This document shows, one piece after another, positions 1 through 13,085 of a DNA stretch of 64,000 nucleotides. A model generated the notes under the pieces. That model saw only the letters and a list, made by a program, of their open reading frames with translations. It ran no database searches and was not told the origin of the DNA. A program made the position numbers and the translations under genes. This DNA is from Octopus vulgaris (lineage: Eukaryota), in NCBI GenBank assembly GCA_951406725.2, contig OX597815.1:161696001-161760000 (forward strand), written 5' to 3'. The number at the start of each line of letters is the position of its first letter. Position 1 is the stretch's first letter.

Positions 1-700
1 TCCACAAACCCCAGAAAATATTTAACATTTTTTTCTTTGCAAACGTATCAGATGTACATAGATAACTGTCATTTGGTATTTTTTATGTTCAGGCCAACTG
101 CTAATATAATGACTTAATTTCTTATGTACAGTAATAGATAACTATATTTTGCAATGTGGTGATTGATATGTGGAATATTTTTTTTTATATTTCTCCAAAT
201 ACTTTCTTAAAATGGGATCAAACTTGGTTTTCCACCCAATGAAATACTGAAAATCACTTAAACCCCTGTGTTTTTCTGTCTCATAATCTGCACAACTGTA
301 CATTCACTTTGGTAACTTGAATAATTTTGTTAAATATTGAGAGCACTGTTTCTGTGGTTTTTTGGGGGTGGGGGTATGTTTATTTTTTTTTGATAAATTA
401 ATGATATGGAATCTCCAATTTTCATCAGTTTCATGAAGAATTTATACACTGTGAATTCCATTTATTTACTACTTGATGCCTTTTTCATGGATGTTAGTGA
501 TACCAGGTTTCTCATCTCAGGCAATCATTGAAAAAATGAAACATGAACAAATATACAGGTGTAGCAACCAATAAATAATCATAGAATACAGCACCATGTA
601 CACAACATGTTCCATCATTTTCTGAGCAATATTTTAACCAATGGAACTCATTTCTCCATTTACTGCAATTCTTCAACAATAGAAAGTTTTTTGGAAGACT
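1..700 (-). pseudogene. Decayed hAT (ZMYM1/THAP12-like) transposase fragment
   Basis: Minus-strand pieces HWLKYCSENDGTCCV, KFDPILRKYLEK and KYFLGFV resemble the TTF zinc finger/DUF4371 region of hAT transposases; many stops and frameshifts. Confidence 0.5.
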
Positions 701-2616
701 TTTTGATTAACAAATATAAGATTCTGTCATTTTTTTTCATTGTGCTTATTTTAGCCTAATGAATGGTGAAATGGATCAATATATCTATTGATGGTATTTG
801 GATTTAGAATTGGATTTTGGTTCGTCTCCATCTGAATCCTCATCAACAAGGTTTGCAGACGAATGTGCACTATTTTCATGTGGATACACATCATCAACAA
901 GACTAATACCATTGTCAGAGAGTGTTGATTAAGTCAGACATTGTCAGGGAGGCCAGTCAATTCAGACAAAATCTGCTGAACTCTATTAGGTTTAGACAGA
1001 CAGGTTTCTTCAGTAAGACTTGAAGAAATGAGATAAGAAAATCTTTAAAATTAATAAAATTTTGGCAGACAAAGGGTTGGTGACTAGATACCATCATCTA
1101 TTTAGAGCAAAATATTGTGCTATTATGCTGTTTTTTTCAGTTGTCTCATCTACATTGTCTATACAACAGTTTCATATCAACCATCAGCTGCTCTAACTAG
1201 TTCATAGACAGAAAATGCGTTAGCCATACAAGGATTATTTTTCTTTCCATTCTAGAATATTCTCTCATGATTATCAACTACAGTCTGTGACTGCTAAATT
1301 CAACCAAGTGTTACTTAATATATTAAATCAATTTTATCCATAAAAAAAAAAAAATTTAAGCATTATCTGAAACAAAGAAAAGAATTATGCTGGGAAAAAA
1401 TGATCTTATTAATATCCATTTTCAGCATTAAATATAATTAGTTTTTATTTATGAGCTGAGACTGCTGTAAAAATCATTTTTAATTAAGTGAACTAAGTGG
1501 TTTGGATGAAATAGGAGTATGAATTATTTAAAATGCCAAGTGTATTTTTATCAAACAAAACAAATGTCTTATATTTTTATGTTATTAATTAATAGCAGAA
1601 TTATGTGAGATCACTAGAATCCCACGCTCATATGTACTAAATCAGTTTGCAATTTATTATAAAAGACAGATAAACAACTCCATTAACTGAGAACTTCTGA
1701 AGAACATGAAGTTCCTCTATGGTTGGATATTGACTGCTTGAAATTATGGATTATAACAATTTTAACACTTTGGAAGTTACTATAATCATCTGTAATCAAT
1801 AAGAATCATCTCTCCCATATTAAAAGATAATAATGCTGCAAAGGTTTCTGATAAATTTCTAAATTAAGTTGAAAGATATCTTATGAAACCAAATAAGAAT
1901 GAGACATTGGAATTATTTCTATTAAGTCTGGGAGGATAACTAGTTGCAATGATTAAAAAGAGTGGCTTGAAAGTAAGAAAAGGACAGGGAAGATGTCTTC
2001 ATGTACTGTTTAAGCACAAAAACTTGCATTGCCTCTAAATTTACCAGCAGCAAATTATATACTAAGTAGATGAATTAGACTATATTCATTGAAGCAACAG
2101 TCTCAACATTTTGCAACTTTTCAGCATTCAGATTATTCTGTTAAATGCAATGTTTATTTACTCACATTGTTTTGAAATAATAATGTTTAATCTTGTAGTT
2201 TTAAGATTTCAATGTTTGTTTATTTTTAGAATGACATTGTAGGGAACATGTGAGAAGCCATAGCTGGCTGCTTCGAACATAAAACAGGTAAACCATTTGG
2301 GCCAGATATGGCGAGCTTAATTGCTAAAAGGTTTGTTAATTCTCTTTGACAAATTTCAAAATATAAAATTTCTATACTATTTGTGGAAGAGACCATTAGA
2401 GATGCATCATGCCAAAGACTAAGAGAAACCAATCAAAAGGTAGTTTACCTTAGTTTTAACTTATTTTGTAAAACTGAGGAAACCATTATGTTACAAGATG
2501 CCATTTCTGCAATCTAAAGTTCTCTCTTAGCCTTATGGACAGCATTATTATGAATGATTACAATCTTTGTTTTGCTACTGTGGTGAAATCGTTTTTGATT
2601 TTGTTATGAATTAATA

Positions 2617-3036
2617 CCTATTTCTTTACTACCCACAAGGAGCTAAACACACAGCGGACAAACTAGGACAGACAAACGGATTAAGTTGATTATATCGACT
2701 CTAGTGTGTAACGGGTTATTTTTTTATCAACCCCAAAAGGATGAAAGGCAAAGTCAACCTCGGTGGAATTTGAACTCAGAACGTATAGCGGCAAAAGAAA
2801 TACCTATTTCTTTACTACCCACAAGGGGCTAAACACACAGAGGACAAACTAGGACAGACAAACGGATTAAGTCGATTATATTGACCCCAGTGCATGACTG
2901 GTACTTATTTAATCGACCCCGAAAGGATGAAAGGCAAAGTCGACCTCAGCAGAATTTGAACTCAGAACGTAGCGGCAGATGAAATACCGCTAAGCATTTC
3001 GCCCAGCTTGCTAACGTTTCTGCCAGTTTGTTGCCT
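2617..3036 (-). mobile_element. SINE family B (tRNA-derived), full copy plus tandem partial copy
   Basis: Reverse complement of GGCGGCGAGCTGGCAGAAACGTTAGC...GTTCAAATTC...GTAAAGAAATAGG; the 3' part is duplicated; flanked by a ~15-bp TSD TTATGAATT(A/G)ATACC. Confidence 0.9.
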
Positions 3037-3739
3037 TATGAATTGATACCATGATCACAAAAGATACCCTGTGGTTGATAAACAATGACTTAAGTAAAAG
3101 ATGCTAGTTATGTAGTAAATATTTGCAAAGGTATGTCAAAAACTAATAGTATGGGCAGAGTCATCCCATCAAATATTTCTCTTGAGTTCTTCAAATCCAC
3201 ACAATCAATGATGGATTCTTGATAGCGATAATGAACTATCTTTGATTTGTAATATTTGTAAACAATAGAATCTTCCTCCAAATCTTCTCCAAAGACACAA
3301 TCTGTTGATGAAAATACAATTAATGTAATTTGAAAGAGAATTATAAAGATTGGAATAAAATTTTGCTGTTCTTGGAATATTTCATGCTACCATTTTTGTA
3401 ACCCTTGCATTATCACAATTTCAATCACATCAGACTGACTTTCAAAGATAAACTCTTCCCTTAACTGAGTCCAATGCATCTGTTGAAATTTAATAGTTTA
3501 TTTAACAAACTTTCAAAACTTTGAGCATTCACTGTCTCAGGATTAAGAATTTTTGTGGAAGCTATACCTACACATTGTTCCTCTTGGAATCGCACTTATA
3601 AACACTACAAATTCATTGAAGTTGAAAATAATAAACGGCTAGGTAAGGTTTTTAACTACCCTTCAAAGTTCTCATGGAGTTCACAGGTTGTGAACTTTTA
3701 CAAAAAGAATTTAGTGGTTAGCTATACATCTACTATTAA

Positions 3740-3959
3740 CCCTTTTATTACCAACCCAGCTGAAACCGGCTCTGGCTCTGAGTACAAGTGTCTTGTTTTC
3801 ATAAGTTGTGAATTAAAACCTTCTACCAAACCTTAGTCACAATTTCTGTTCCTAACACTAGCTAACTGATAACCAAGTTATTTTACTAAATTCTTTGTTA
3901 TAGTTAAAGTAATTGAAAGAAACACAGAGCGTCTCAAAATAAATACAGTAACTAAAGGG
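3740..3959. mobile_element. piggyBac-type MITE (family 1)
   Basis: TTAA TSD at 3736-3739 and 3960-3963; terminal inverted repeats (TIRs) CCCTTTTATTAC / GTAACTAAAGGG. Confidence 0.8.
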
Positions 3960-4518
3960 TTAATAGATATACACAGCTAAATGTATTTTACATTGTAATT
4001 TGTGAGATTTTAGGCTAACTTCAAAGAAATTATCAGTTCAGTACAGCCAGCCATTTGTTCAATGTGATGTTAAGTGACCCAGCCTCTCTGAGACCGACAT
4101 TTTACAATTTTTGAATCAAGGAATTATATCAATTTACATGATCAGTTTTTAGTTACAAATAGAATTGTGATTTCAGCAGAATAATGAGAGAAATTAAGAA
4201 TTTAATAAGAATAGTTCATTATTTTGATGTGTTGGTGATATGTGGGGAAAATAAAAGGAGCCACAAGAAAAATTTGTCATTTTTTCATTCAAGTGCCCAA
4301 GAAGTAAAGCTCTCACTCAACTCTGAATAAAAAAAGGAATATGCCCATCTTCAGGGTCAAAGGTGGAGTACCTCCAATGCAACTACTATGGTGAGCTTGT
4401 GCTACAGCCCATACCCCACCAGGGTACTCTCAGTTCAGTCTCTGATGTCATTACTCCATCTTCATGTTTCTTACCCATGTACCCATTTTCCTTTCGCCCA
4501 TCTCCTAAGGATGCTTAC

Positions 4519-4711
4519 AGGTAAGTTCAATACCATCAATTCATCACAGGGAAAGTTCACTGAGAGGAAAGTTCACCGCAAGGAAAGTTTACCAAGAAAA
4601 TATATACATAGTATCTCACCATTAATTGTTAAAAGCTATTTTATTGAAAAAAAAACAACAAAAAAACGGTGAACTTTCCTTGCAGTGAATTGATGACAGT
4701 GAACTTACCAG
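4519..4711. mobile_element. MITE-like element with subterminal GGAAAGTTCAC repeats
   Basis: Ends GGTAAGTTCA...TGAACTTACC; tandem GGAAAGTTCAC units on the left and inverted units on the right; a related reverse copy lies at ~52700-52815. Confidence 0.6.
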
Positions 4712-5399
4712 AGATGCCTGGGAATTATGGTACAGATGTTCTGGCTCTGATAACAGGGCCAATACATTACAGCTTTCATCATCAGACCATTGTCACCAAC
4801 TTTCATTCCACTCCAATCTCCTCCAGTTTTGAATTGTTTATGTTAATGGCCACCAACTCCAAGAAATATAAATTCAAATGTAACTGAGTTATCATTCCTC
4901 AGTCATATTTGTAGAAATGGCAAAATACTGCAAGATCCTGACTGACTGTTGCTACTTCCCAAGGAACTCTAAAGCTTCATTGAGTTAAATGTATATCATT
5001 AAAAAGGATTAAAAATTTTGCAGAAAATGATGCACCCTCGTTTGAAGTTAAACTATATCAATGTTTTCCTTTATCAGTCAATCTACTGATTTAATTAAGA
5101 AAATGAAAGACAGTGTTGCAGTAGCTTTGTTATCCATTCTGACACCTCATTCACTGTTTATTCATGAAACAGATTCTTCTTTATTATTAATAGGTTCTAC
5201 TCAATTGCAAAATTGATAAACAAATGACTTTTATTCATATATGTTGGAATGATATTGTAAATAAATTACCTTCTGTAGAATTATAAGTTCTTCAGCAATT
5301 CAAAACAATTGAAAAAAGAAGGGACATTAATTAACAGCACAGAAGTTCAAACTTGTCGTAAATCAATAAGAAAATAGGCTGCTGGTTTGATATTCAGCC

Positions 5400-5598
5400 T
5401 TAACCCTTTAACATTCAAATCAACTATATCCAGCTCAAATATTCTATGTGGTCTTTCACATCAACCCTGGAATGTCCAAAAAATAAACAATCACATCTTT
5501 GAAATCTCAAAGCTACACGATAATACATGTTTAATACAAAACAATGTGATTAAATAAGCATTAAATTTGACAGAGTAATCTGGATGCTAAAAGGTTAA
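5400..5598. mobile_element. piggyBac-type MITE (family 2)
   Basis: TTAACCCTTTAACATT...ATGCTAAAAGGTTAA; related copies at ~2115-2331, 27850-28070, 61489-62021 and ~63620-63805. Confidence 0.75.
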
Positions 5599-5851
5599 TA
5601 ATAAAAGGTTGATCATGTTTACAGATGTGGATTTGTGTCTTGTGAGCAATCTTTGAATTTTTCAATCAAAAGTGGGGGTTTTTTACACAATATTTACATG
5701 CTATTACTTATAGTTTTAGTTGCTTCGAAATCCACTGTTCCAAATAAGAATTATAACACTTAAAAATGCCATTGCAAATTTCAGCTATCATGGTTCTCAT
5801 ACAATCATCTGGAGAAAGAGAATTTGGTCTCAAGTACAACATCTGCAATTA

Positions 5852-6270
5852 CTTTTTTACTCTTTTACTTGTTTCAGTTATTTGACTGTGGCCATGCTGG
5901 AGCACCACCTTTAGTCTAGCAAATCGACCACAGGACTTATTCTTTGTAAGCCTAGTACTTATTCTATTGGTCTCTTTTGCCGAACCGCTAAGTTACGGGG
6001 ATGTAAACACACCAGCATTGGTTGTCAAGTGATGTTGGGGAGACAAACACAGACATACAAACATATACACAAACACACATACATATATATACATATATAT
6101 ATGTATACAACAGGCTTCTTTCAGTTTCCGTCTACCAAATCCACTCACAAGGCTTTGGTCAGCCCGAGGTTATAGTAGAAGACATTTGCCCAAGGTGCCA
6201 TGCAGTGGGACTGAACCCGGAACCATGTGGTTGGTAAGCAAGCTACTTACCAAACAGCCACACCTACGCC
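5852..6270 (-). mobile_element. SINE family A (tRNA head, CORE-like body, internal TA/TG microsatellite)
   Basis: Reverse complement of GGCGCAGGAGTGGCTGTGTGGTAAG...GGTTCAGTCCC...ACCTTGGGCAAG...GAAACAAGTAAAAGAG; many copies in the window. Confidence 0.9.
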
Positions 6271-6603
6271 TGTATTGTTGAATATTAATGATTTTAATAT
6301 CAAGAGATGAATATATATAACAAAGAAAATTCATCAAGAGATGGAAGTCCTCAACTTAAATGGACAAATTGCTTATATGAAAGGATTCATTTGTAATAAC
6401 CTATATTGAAAACACATTACAGATTTATGCCAATGGCTGAAACTTTGATTAACAGAGTGACTGCTTGCCAGCATAGGCTATCAACAAAATATTAGCAGCA
6501 GCTGTTACTTGATATTGTAAGATTGCGTGGGATCAAAACCAATTGTGAAAATGAGTAACACTTGCAAAATATGAAAGGATTGTTAATGGTATAAGGAAGA
6601 TAA

Positions 6604-7305
6604 GGTAGCAAGTTGGCTGAATCATTAGCACATCGGGCAAAATGCTTAGCAGTATTTCATCCAACTTTGCATTCTGAGTTCAAATTCTGTCAAGGTTGAC
6701 TTTGCCTTTCATCCTTTTAAGGTTGATAAAATATGTACCAGTTGAGCACTGGGGTTGATGTAATCAACTTAATGCCTCCCTGAAATTACTGGCTATGAGC
6801 CAAAATTTAAGGCCAATAGTATAAAGGAGATAGTCCATCTTGAATCACTGGGGAAACCAGAAGAGAAACTGAAGGGATCAAAGGTGAAGGAGTGGGCACA
6901 CAATGAGTTTATGTATAATCCTTGTTAATAAATGAGAAACAACAACTAAATATAGGGCGATCAACAGCCTTGTACTCCATGGGAGACCACCAAAATACCC
7001 AACATCCTTCTTACTCCTTCACCTTTGATCACTTCAGGTCCTCTTCTGGTTTCCCCAGGGATTTGAGATAGACTATCTTCCTTGTACTACTGGCTTCAAG
7101 TTTTGGCAAAAAAGCCAGTAATTTCAGAGAAGGGTTAAGTTGATTACATTGAACCCAGTGCTCAACTGGTACTTATTCTATCAACCCCGAAAGGAGGAAA
7201 GGCAAAGTCAACCTAGGCAGAATTTGGACTCAGTAGGTAAAGATGACCAAAATGCTGCTAAACCTTTTGCCTGGCATGCTAACAATTCAGTCATCATGCC
7301 ATCTT
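6604..7305. repeat. Long inverted duplication: SINE B plus ~75 bp unique sequence in each arm
   Basis: 6820-6895 is the reverse complement of 7010-7090; SINE B copies at 6604-6817 (+) and 7090-7305 (-) extend the arms. Confidence 0.75.
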
Positions 7306-7319
7306 ACTCTGCACTACTC

Positions 7320-7467
7320 TGCCGGTGGCATGTAAAAAGCACCATTTGAGCATGGTCAATGCCAATGCTGCCTGACTGGCCCCCATACCAGTAACACATA
7401 AAAAGCACCTACTACACTCTCATGCCAACATGGAGAGTGGACGTTAAATGATGATGAGGATGATGAA

Positions 7468-7525
<58 letters not shown>

Positions 7526-7605
7526 GTGATGATGGTGATGATGGTGATGATGATCATGATGATGATGATCATGATCATGATCATGAGGAGGAGGAGGAGG
7601 AGGAT
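7320..7605 (+). mobile_element. RTE LINE 3'UTR fragment ending in an expanded (GAT)n tail
   Basis: GGCACGTAAAAAGCACC-type motifs, then CATGG...GGACGTTAAATGATGATG as in the longer copy at 40062-40505. Confidence 0.7.
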
Positions 7606-8226
7606 AAAGGGATAAAAAGCAAAGTGGATCTCGGCAGAATCTGAACTCAGTACACAAATTCAACGAATTACCATTAAGCCTTTTTGCCCAGCATGCTAAC
7701 AATTCTGTCAGCTCACCACCTTACTCTACACCACATATTGAGTACCTTTTCCTTACATGCTTGTAAGCACCACCAGCATGCACTCACTCATCTATTATAT
7801 ATTTGTGTTTGTGCACATTGTTGACAGCAAAGACAGACAGACAGACTGTTGAGCTTCAGCAGTAAATTTTGATGCTCGTTTTCATGAGGTAACCTTTATT
7901 ATTCATTGTTTTGTTTTAAGTGATTCTGTCTCACCATTCTTTTTGAAACAAGATAACAGTTACCATACTAATAGAATTTTTTTTTTCTTAATTGTTTTCT
8001 TTCGTTTCTTTTCTTAACTATACATTTTCATTAATCAAAGTGATCTTCTTAGACATGTTGATGGAGAGGAATAAAAAAAAAATTGTGTTCATAAAATCCT
8101 AAAAATGTGTCTTTCATTTTATACAAAAGAAAAAATTCTGTTAAATAATAGATTTGAAATGGAAGAAGCTTCATAAAAAAAAAAGGTGTTACAGTTTGCT
8201 TCGTTTTTGGTGAAAAAGGAAGTATG

Positions 8227-8306
8227 CCATTAAAATAAATGAGTAGGCAAAGACATGTAAAAGCAAACGGACAATGACGATGATGATGACTATGATGATG
8301 ATGATT

Positions 8307-8371
<65 letters not shown>

Positions 8372-8513
8372 GATGATGATGAAGATGATGATGAAGATGG
8401 GGAGAAGGAAATGTAGAGGGTAAGATGAGGAATAAGCAAATACATGTAAAAGCAAACGGACAATGACAATGATGATGATGATGATGAGGATGATGATGAT
8501 GTTGATGAGGATG

Positions 8514-8548
<35 letters not shown>

Positions 8549-8808
8549 GATGGGGAGAAGGATATGTGGAGCGTAAGGTGAGGAGTAGGAGATGGGAGGA
8601 AGCGGAGGAGGAAGCAGACAAGGAGGAGGAATAAGGAGAAGCAGAGGAGGAAGAAGAAGAAGCAGAAGGAGAAGCAGATGAGGAAAAAGAAGCAAACGAG
8701 GAGGAGGAAGGAGCAAACGAGGAGGAGGAAGAGGTAGCAGAGGTAGTGGTAGTGGTAACGATAATGATGATGGTGGTGGCAGCGGAGGAGGAGGGGAGGG
8801 GAGGAGGA

Positions 8809-8839
<31 letters not shown>

Positions 8840-8845
8840 GAAAGG
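8227..8845. repeat. Compound (GAT)n/(GGA)n microsatellite within a ~190-bp tandem duplication
   Basis: ACATGTAAAAGCAAACGGACAATGAC-(GAT)n-GAAGATGGGGAGAAGG occurs twice, followed by GGA/GAA repeats. Confidence 0.9.
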
Positions 8846-9218
8846 CAAGAATGGACTTTGGAGAGATATGAACACAAAACACAAAGAACCAAAACAAAAC
8901 ACGATTAAGCATTAAACACAAGGGATCATAAAGAGATATGCAGGGATGAATAAGACAATATTATATAAAAATGAGGGAAAGAGTAAGAAGATTTTAAAAT
9001 GAACATATTTATTTCATATAAATCAATGAACCTACAGAATAAGTAAACCATTATATAAAACAATAATAAATAAAACAAGACATAATTTTAAAACATGAAA
9101 CATAAATTGGGTAACCCACCACACAACTAATTCAGGTCATACCTTTAATCCTGAAATTGGTTGCAACCCCCAAAAGGCATCCAATGCTTTCTGAGTGCTT
9201 CTTTTACATAGTACTCTC

Positions 9219-9570
9219 TCTCTCTTTTACTCTTTTACTTGTTTTAGTCATTTGACTGTGGTCATGCTGGAGCACTGCCTTTAGTCAAGCAAATCAACTC
9301 CAGGACTTATGGGGACATAAACACACCAGCATCGGTTGTTAAGCAATATTGGGGGGACAAACAGACACACACACATACATATATATATATACATATATAC
9401 AAATATATGATGGGCTTCTTTCAGTTTCCGTCTACCAAATCCACTTACAAGGCTTTGGTCGGCCCGAGGCTATAGTTGAAGACTCTTTTCTTAGGTGCAA
9501 CACAGTGGGACTGAACCCAGAACCATGTGGTTCATAAGCAAGCTACTTACCACACAGCCACTCCTACGCC
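9219..9570 (-). mobile_element. SINE family A, internally deleted
   Basis: Matches 5852-6270 with ~50 bp missing near 9310. Confidence 0.88.
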
Positions 9571-10297
9571 TAAAGTAAATTTACTATGCAATACTAAATA
9601 TATTATAGTATAGTAAATTATTGTTATAGCCTTCACTAGCCTCTTATTATTAGCTTGTCTTCTACATAACAGCCACTAATGCTTTACCTGTTACTACTCA
9701 TCACCTTTATTATTAATTTTGTAAGAACTCAAGTGTTATCTCAGAATTGTGAACTTCATGTTCTCCTGTTGAGTGGAATCCTCATCTCGTTTTTGACACA
9801 TTTTCACATTTTTTCATTTTCTTTTTATCCCTCCCCTACTCTTTTTACCCTCTTACTTTGCAATGGTCAGTTACTCTTCTCCTGCACTCAGCCATTTGCC
9901 ACCTTTACAGATGGATGATGTGTTACTATATAGAGAGATTTCTGCATTGCCAGCTTCCGAGATCAAAGTCAAAGGGATTTCCCCACCCACTTTCCAAGGC
10001 TTTGACTATTAGAACAGCAACCTCCAGAAGCTGCTGCTAGTTGCATTTATATATTTTTTATGCCAATTCCACCATTTCCCTCTCTCTCTCTCTCTCCCTG
10101 TGGTAAGAGTTTATTGATGATGTGTTTACTGCCATGTCAGCTTGACAGTTTCCCAAACCCTCAGTATTGAAGACTAAGCAGGCACCAATACATGCTTTAG
10201 TTTGATCAATGGAAATTACATCAACTATGGATACCATCAATAAGTTTTTACAGGACATACAGAAAGGCTCATTATTTATATTATTATCATTATAATT

Positions 10298-10735
10298 AAG
10301 ACAGTGAGCTGGCAGAATCGTTAGCACACCAGATGGTATTTTGGCTGTTTTTACATTCTCAGGTCAAATTCTGCCAAGGTTGACTTTACCTTTCATCCAT
10401 TCGGTGTTGATAAAATAAGTACCAGTGGAGCACTGGGGTCAGTATAATTAAATTACCTGCTCCCTAGAAATTGCTGACCTTGTGTGAAAATTTGAAACTA
10501 CTATTATCATTATAATTACTATCATTAAGGCACTGAAGCTGGCAGAATAGTTAGTGCATCAAACAAAATACTTAGTACCATTTCTTCCAGCTCTTTACAT
10601 TCTGAGTTCAAACCCTGCTGGGACCAGCTTTACCTCTCATCCTTTCAGGATCAATAAAATAAAGTACCAGTCAAGTACTAGGGTCGATGTGATCATGTAA
10701 CCCACCTTCCCTGAAACTGTTTGCCTTGTGCTAAA
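10298..10735 (+). mobile_element. Two tandem SINE B copies (older tail subfamily)
   Basis: GAGCTGGCAGAAT...GACTTTACCTTTCATCC...CCTTGTGNNAAAATT occurs twice. Confidence 0.8.
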
Positions 10736-10764
10736 ATTATTATCATTTTCATTATTATTGTTGT

Positions 10765-11355
10765 TATTTTCTCTTTATCACAGGTTTTGTTGGAGCTCCT
10801 GGAGTCTTGCATGCATAGCAGGTTTACTACCTGCAGCCTACAGTACCAGGCTATTTGCTCTTTTCAGCTATCTAATACTTCCCTAGTTATTCTGGCCATG
10901 CCAAGAATGCAAACTCTTTCTAACAGTTCTACTGGGTACTCTATTCCAATATCCTCTATATTCCTCTTGATGCCTTCTGATACTATTCCTCAGGACCCAA
11001 CAATAATTGGCACTATCTTCACCTTCTTCATTTTCCATATCCAAGTTATTTTGTACTTAAGAGAGTTGTATCTATCTATCTATCTTTTCGTCTTCTTTCT
11101 TGACTATTCATGGGTCAAAGGGGCATACAACATCAACTATAGAGCATATGTAATGCACCTTGTCCACCACCACTGGGTTCATTATGCCCTAGCATCTGAT
11201 CTGTTTGGATTGAGAAATCCCAGAGGATTTTGCTAGTCTCCGACTCTGCTACTCTCTGTGGTTTGTGCTCATACCACATCTTGTCTCTCTCTAGCCCCCA
11301 CTTTTTGCACAGTTTCCAATGTTGCACTTTCACTACCTGGCCATGTCGCCACAAC
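10765..11355 (-). pseudogene. R4/Dong-clade non-LTR retrotransposon, REL endonuclease 3' fragment
   Basis: RHGQVVKVQHWKLCKKWGLERDKMWYEHKPQRVAESETSKILWDFSIQTD matches the R4-type RH...HW.LC...WY.H.P...KILWDF.IQTD motif; the 3' end runs into a degenerate (TAA)n tract. Confidence 0.8.
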
Positions 11356-11718
11356 TTGGTTGGCATTGGCGCAACTTGTCTCTTGCTCTATTGCATGCCA
11401 ATATGCAACACAACTAATTACAGCCTTCTGATATGGTCACATGAGACTTTCTCTTCTAAACCTCCGGTGAATCGACTGCACGCTATAAAACTCTAGCTTC
11501 ACATGAAGTCAAGGTCTTTCAGTTCCAGATCTTTTAAGGTCTAGCTACTGACCACACATGTTAACATATAAATAAAATCTTCTCTTAAACATTCTACCCG
11601 GTTGTGTCTCTCTTTTCTTTCTGGCACATATACACATTTATTCTTTTCATATTTATTGTATCGACCATGTGATGTGCAAAGGAGCCATTCTCATCACCTC
11701 ACTTCACGGTCGCTTACA
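11355..11718 (+). mobile_element. 5'-truncated LTR related to the solo LTR at 61731-61977
   Basis: Shares TTGGTTGGCATTGGCGCA...CAGCCTTCTG and the CGACCATGTGATGT...CACGGTCGCTTACA end; extra internal segment with TATAAAA and AATAAA. Confidence 0.7.
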
Positions 11719-12019
11719 CGTCTGTTGAAGACAACCATTCTTACAGTTTACTTAAGCAATGAAGTTCAAAAGTTTTAGATAAAATTTGGAAAGCTGAGTA
11801 ATATGGAGGCAATGAAATCTTAACCTCAGTATCTTAATTCAATATCCAATCTTTTCTCTTGCTTATCACATCTGCTCAAGGATATGCTTCATCAAGCATC
11901 CCACCCAATCATAAAAAAAAATTGCTAAAATAAAATAAAAAGCATCTGTTGCTACCACATCTCTACTGATACCACCATCATCACTACCACCACCACCACC
12001 ACCACCACTACCACCATAT

Positions 12020-12245
12020 CTTATTCTTTTCTACTCTTGGCACAAGGCCTGAAATTTTATTCTTTTTTGGTGGTGGGGAGGCAGTCGATTAGATCAACCC
12101 CAGTATGCAACTAGTACTTAATTTATTAACTGCGAAAGGATGAAAGGCAAAGTCAACCGGAATTTGAACTCAGAATGTAAAGACAGATGAAATACCACTA
12201 AGCATTTCACCCGGTGTGCTAAGGTTTCTGCCAGCTCACTGCCTT
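12020..12245 (-). mobile_element. SINE family B
   Basis: Reverse-complement match to the family B head and body. Confidence 0.85.
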
Positions 12246-12880
12246 ACTGCCATCTTTTATTATTGGTTGGTTCCAAACAGATATGAAATTTGCATGGTTT
12301 TATACTCTGAATTAATTACCAATTTATAGTTTTGGTAGGGATTTGAAAAATAAGTGCAAAAACAATGAATGTAAATGTTTTAATTTCTATAATGCAATGA
12401 AAAATTCTGTAAATGATTATTTTTGTTATGATGTAAAATTAATACCTTTCAATCTGTTAGAAAATTTGTAGTTTGAATTGCAGCTAGAATGCAACATTGG
12501 CTTGATGTATGACTGATTAAATCATCGCAACTTGTTGATTTAGTTTCTTTTCAGGAGTTTCCGTACACAGAGAAAAAAAAACCCATAGTGATGCAACTAT
12601 GCAAGCTGTTTAATTGTCTGGTTACAACAAAAATTTCTCGGTTACAGTTAAATGTATATTAAATGATTTCTACTTTGATGAATCGTTTAATGTAAGCTTC
12701 ATGATGCTGTTTGCAGCATCATGGTATGGGAGTGGGGGTACACGTGGTTGTGTGTGATGAGTAAATGGAATTAATCAAAGGAAATTTCAAGTAGTTATCT
12801 AAATATTTTAACAAGTTTTCATTAGAATTTGTTGTGATTTTCCATCATCAACCTTATACTGTTTCTATATTAATGGATGA

Positions 12881-13085
12881 CATTCATCATCATCATCATC
12901 ATTTAACGTCCACTTTCCATGCTGGCATGGGTTAGACAGTTTGACTAGAACTGGTAAACCAGAGAGCTGCACCAGGTTCCAATCTGATTTGGCATGGTTT
13001 CTATGGTTGAATGCCCTTCCTAATGCCAACCACTCCAAGAGTGTAATGGGTGCTTTTAACATGTCACTGGCACAGGTGCCATTTA
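12881..13085 (-). mobile_element. RTE 3'UTR fragment (another at ~13495-13680)
   Basis: (CAT)n then TTTAACGTCCACTTTCCATGCTGGCATGGGTT...TGCCCTTCCTAATGCCAAC. Confidence 0.75.

Larger units (their letters stand above)
3300..6480 (+). pseudogene. Highly decayed Gypsy-type LTR retrotransposon pol, interrupted by MITEs and a SINE
   Basis: Plus-strand pieces LQFLNQGII (~4100), NVTELSFLSHICRNGKILQDPD (~4880, RT C-terminus) and LFIHETDSSLLLIG (~5160, RNase H ETDAS-like) occur in the expected order. Confidence 0.5.

Noticed and set aside
3108-3385. Stop-free minus-strand frame of ~90 codons
   Set aside because: No upstream start codon or recognisable domain; it overlaps the antisense of decayed Gypsy-like sequence.
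12555-12691. Candidate host exon (TTTTCAG...GTAAGC)
   Set aside because: Stops in all three frames; a non-coding exon cannot be supported without transcripts.
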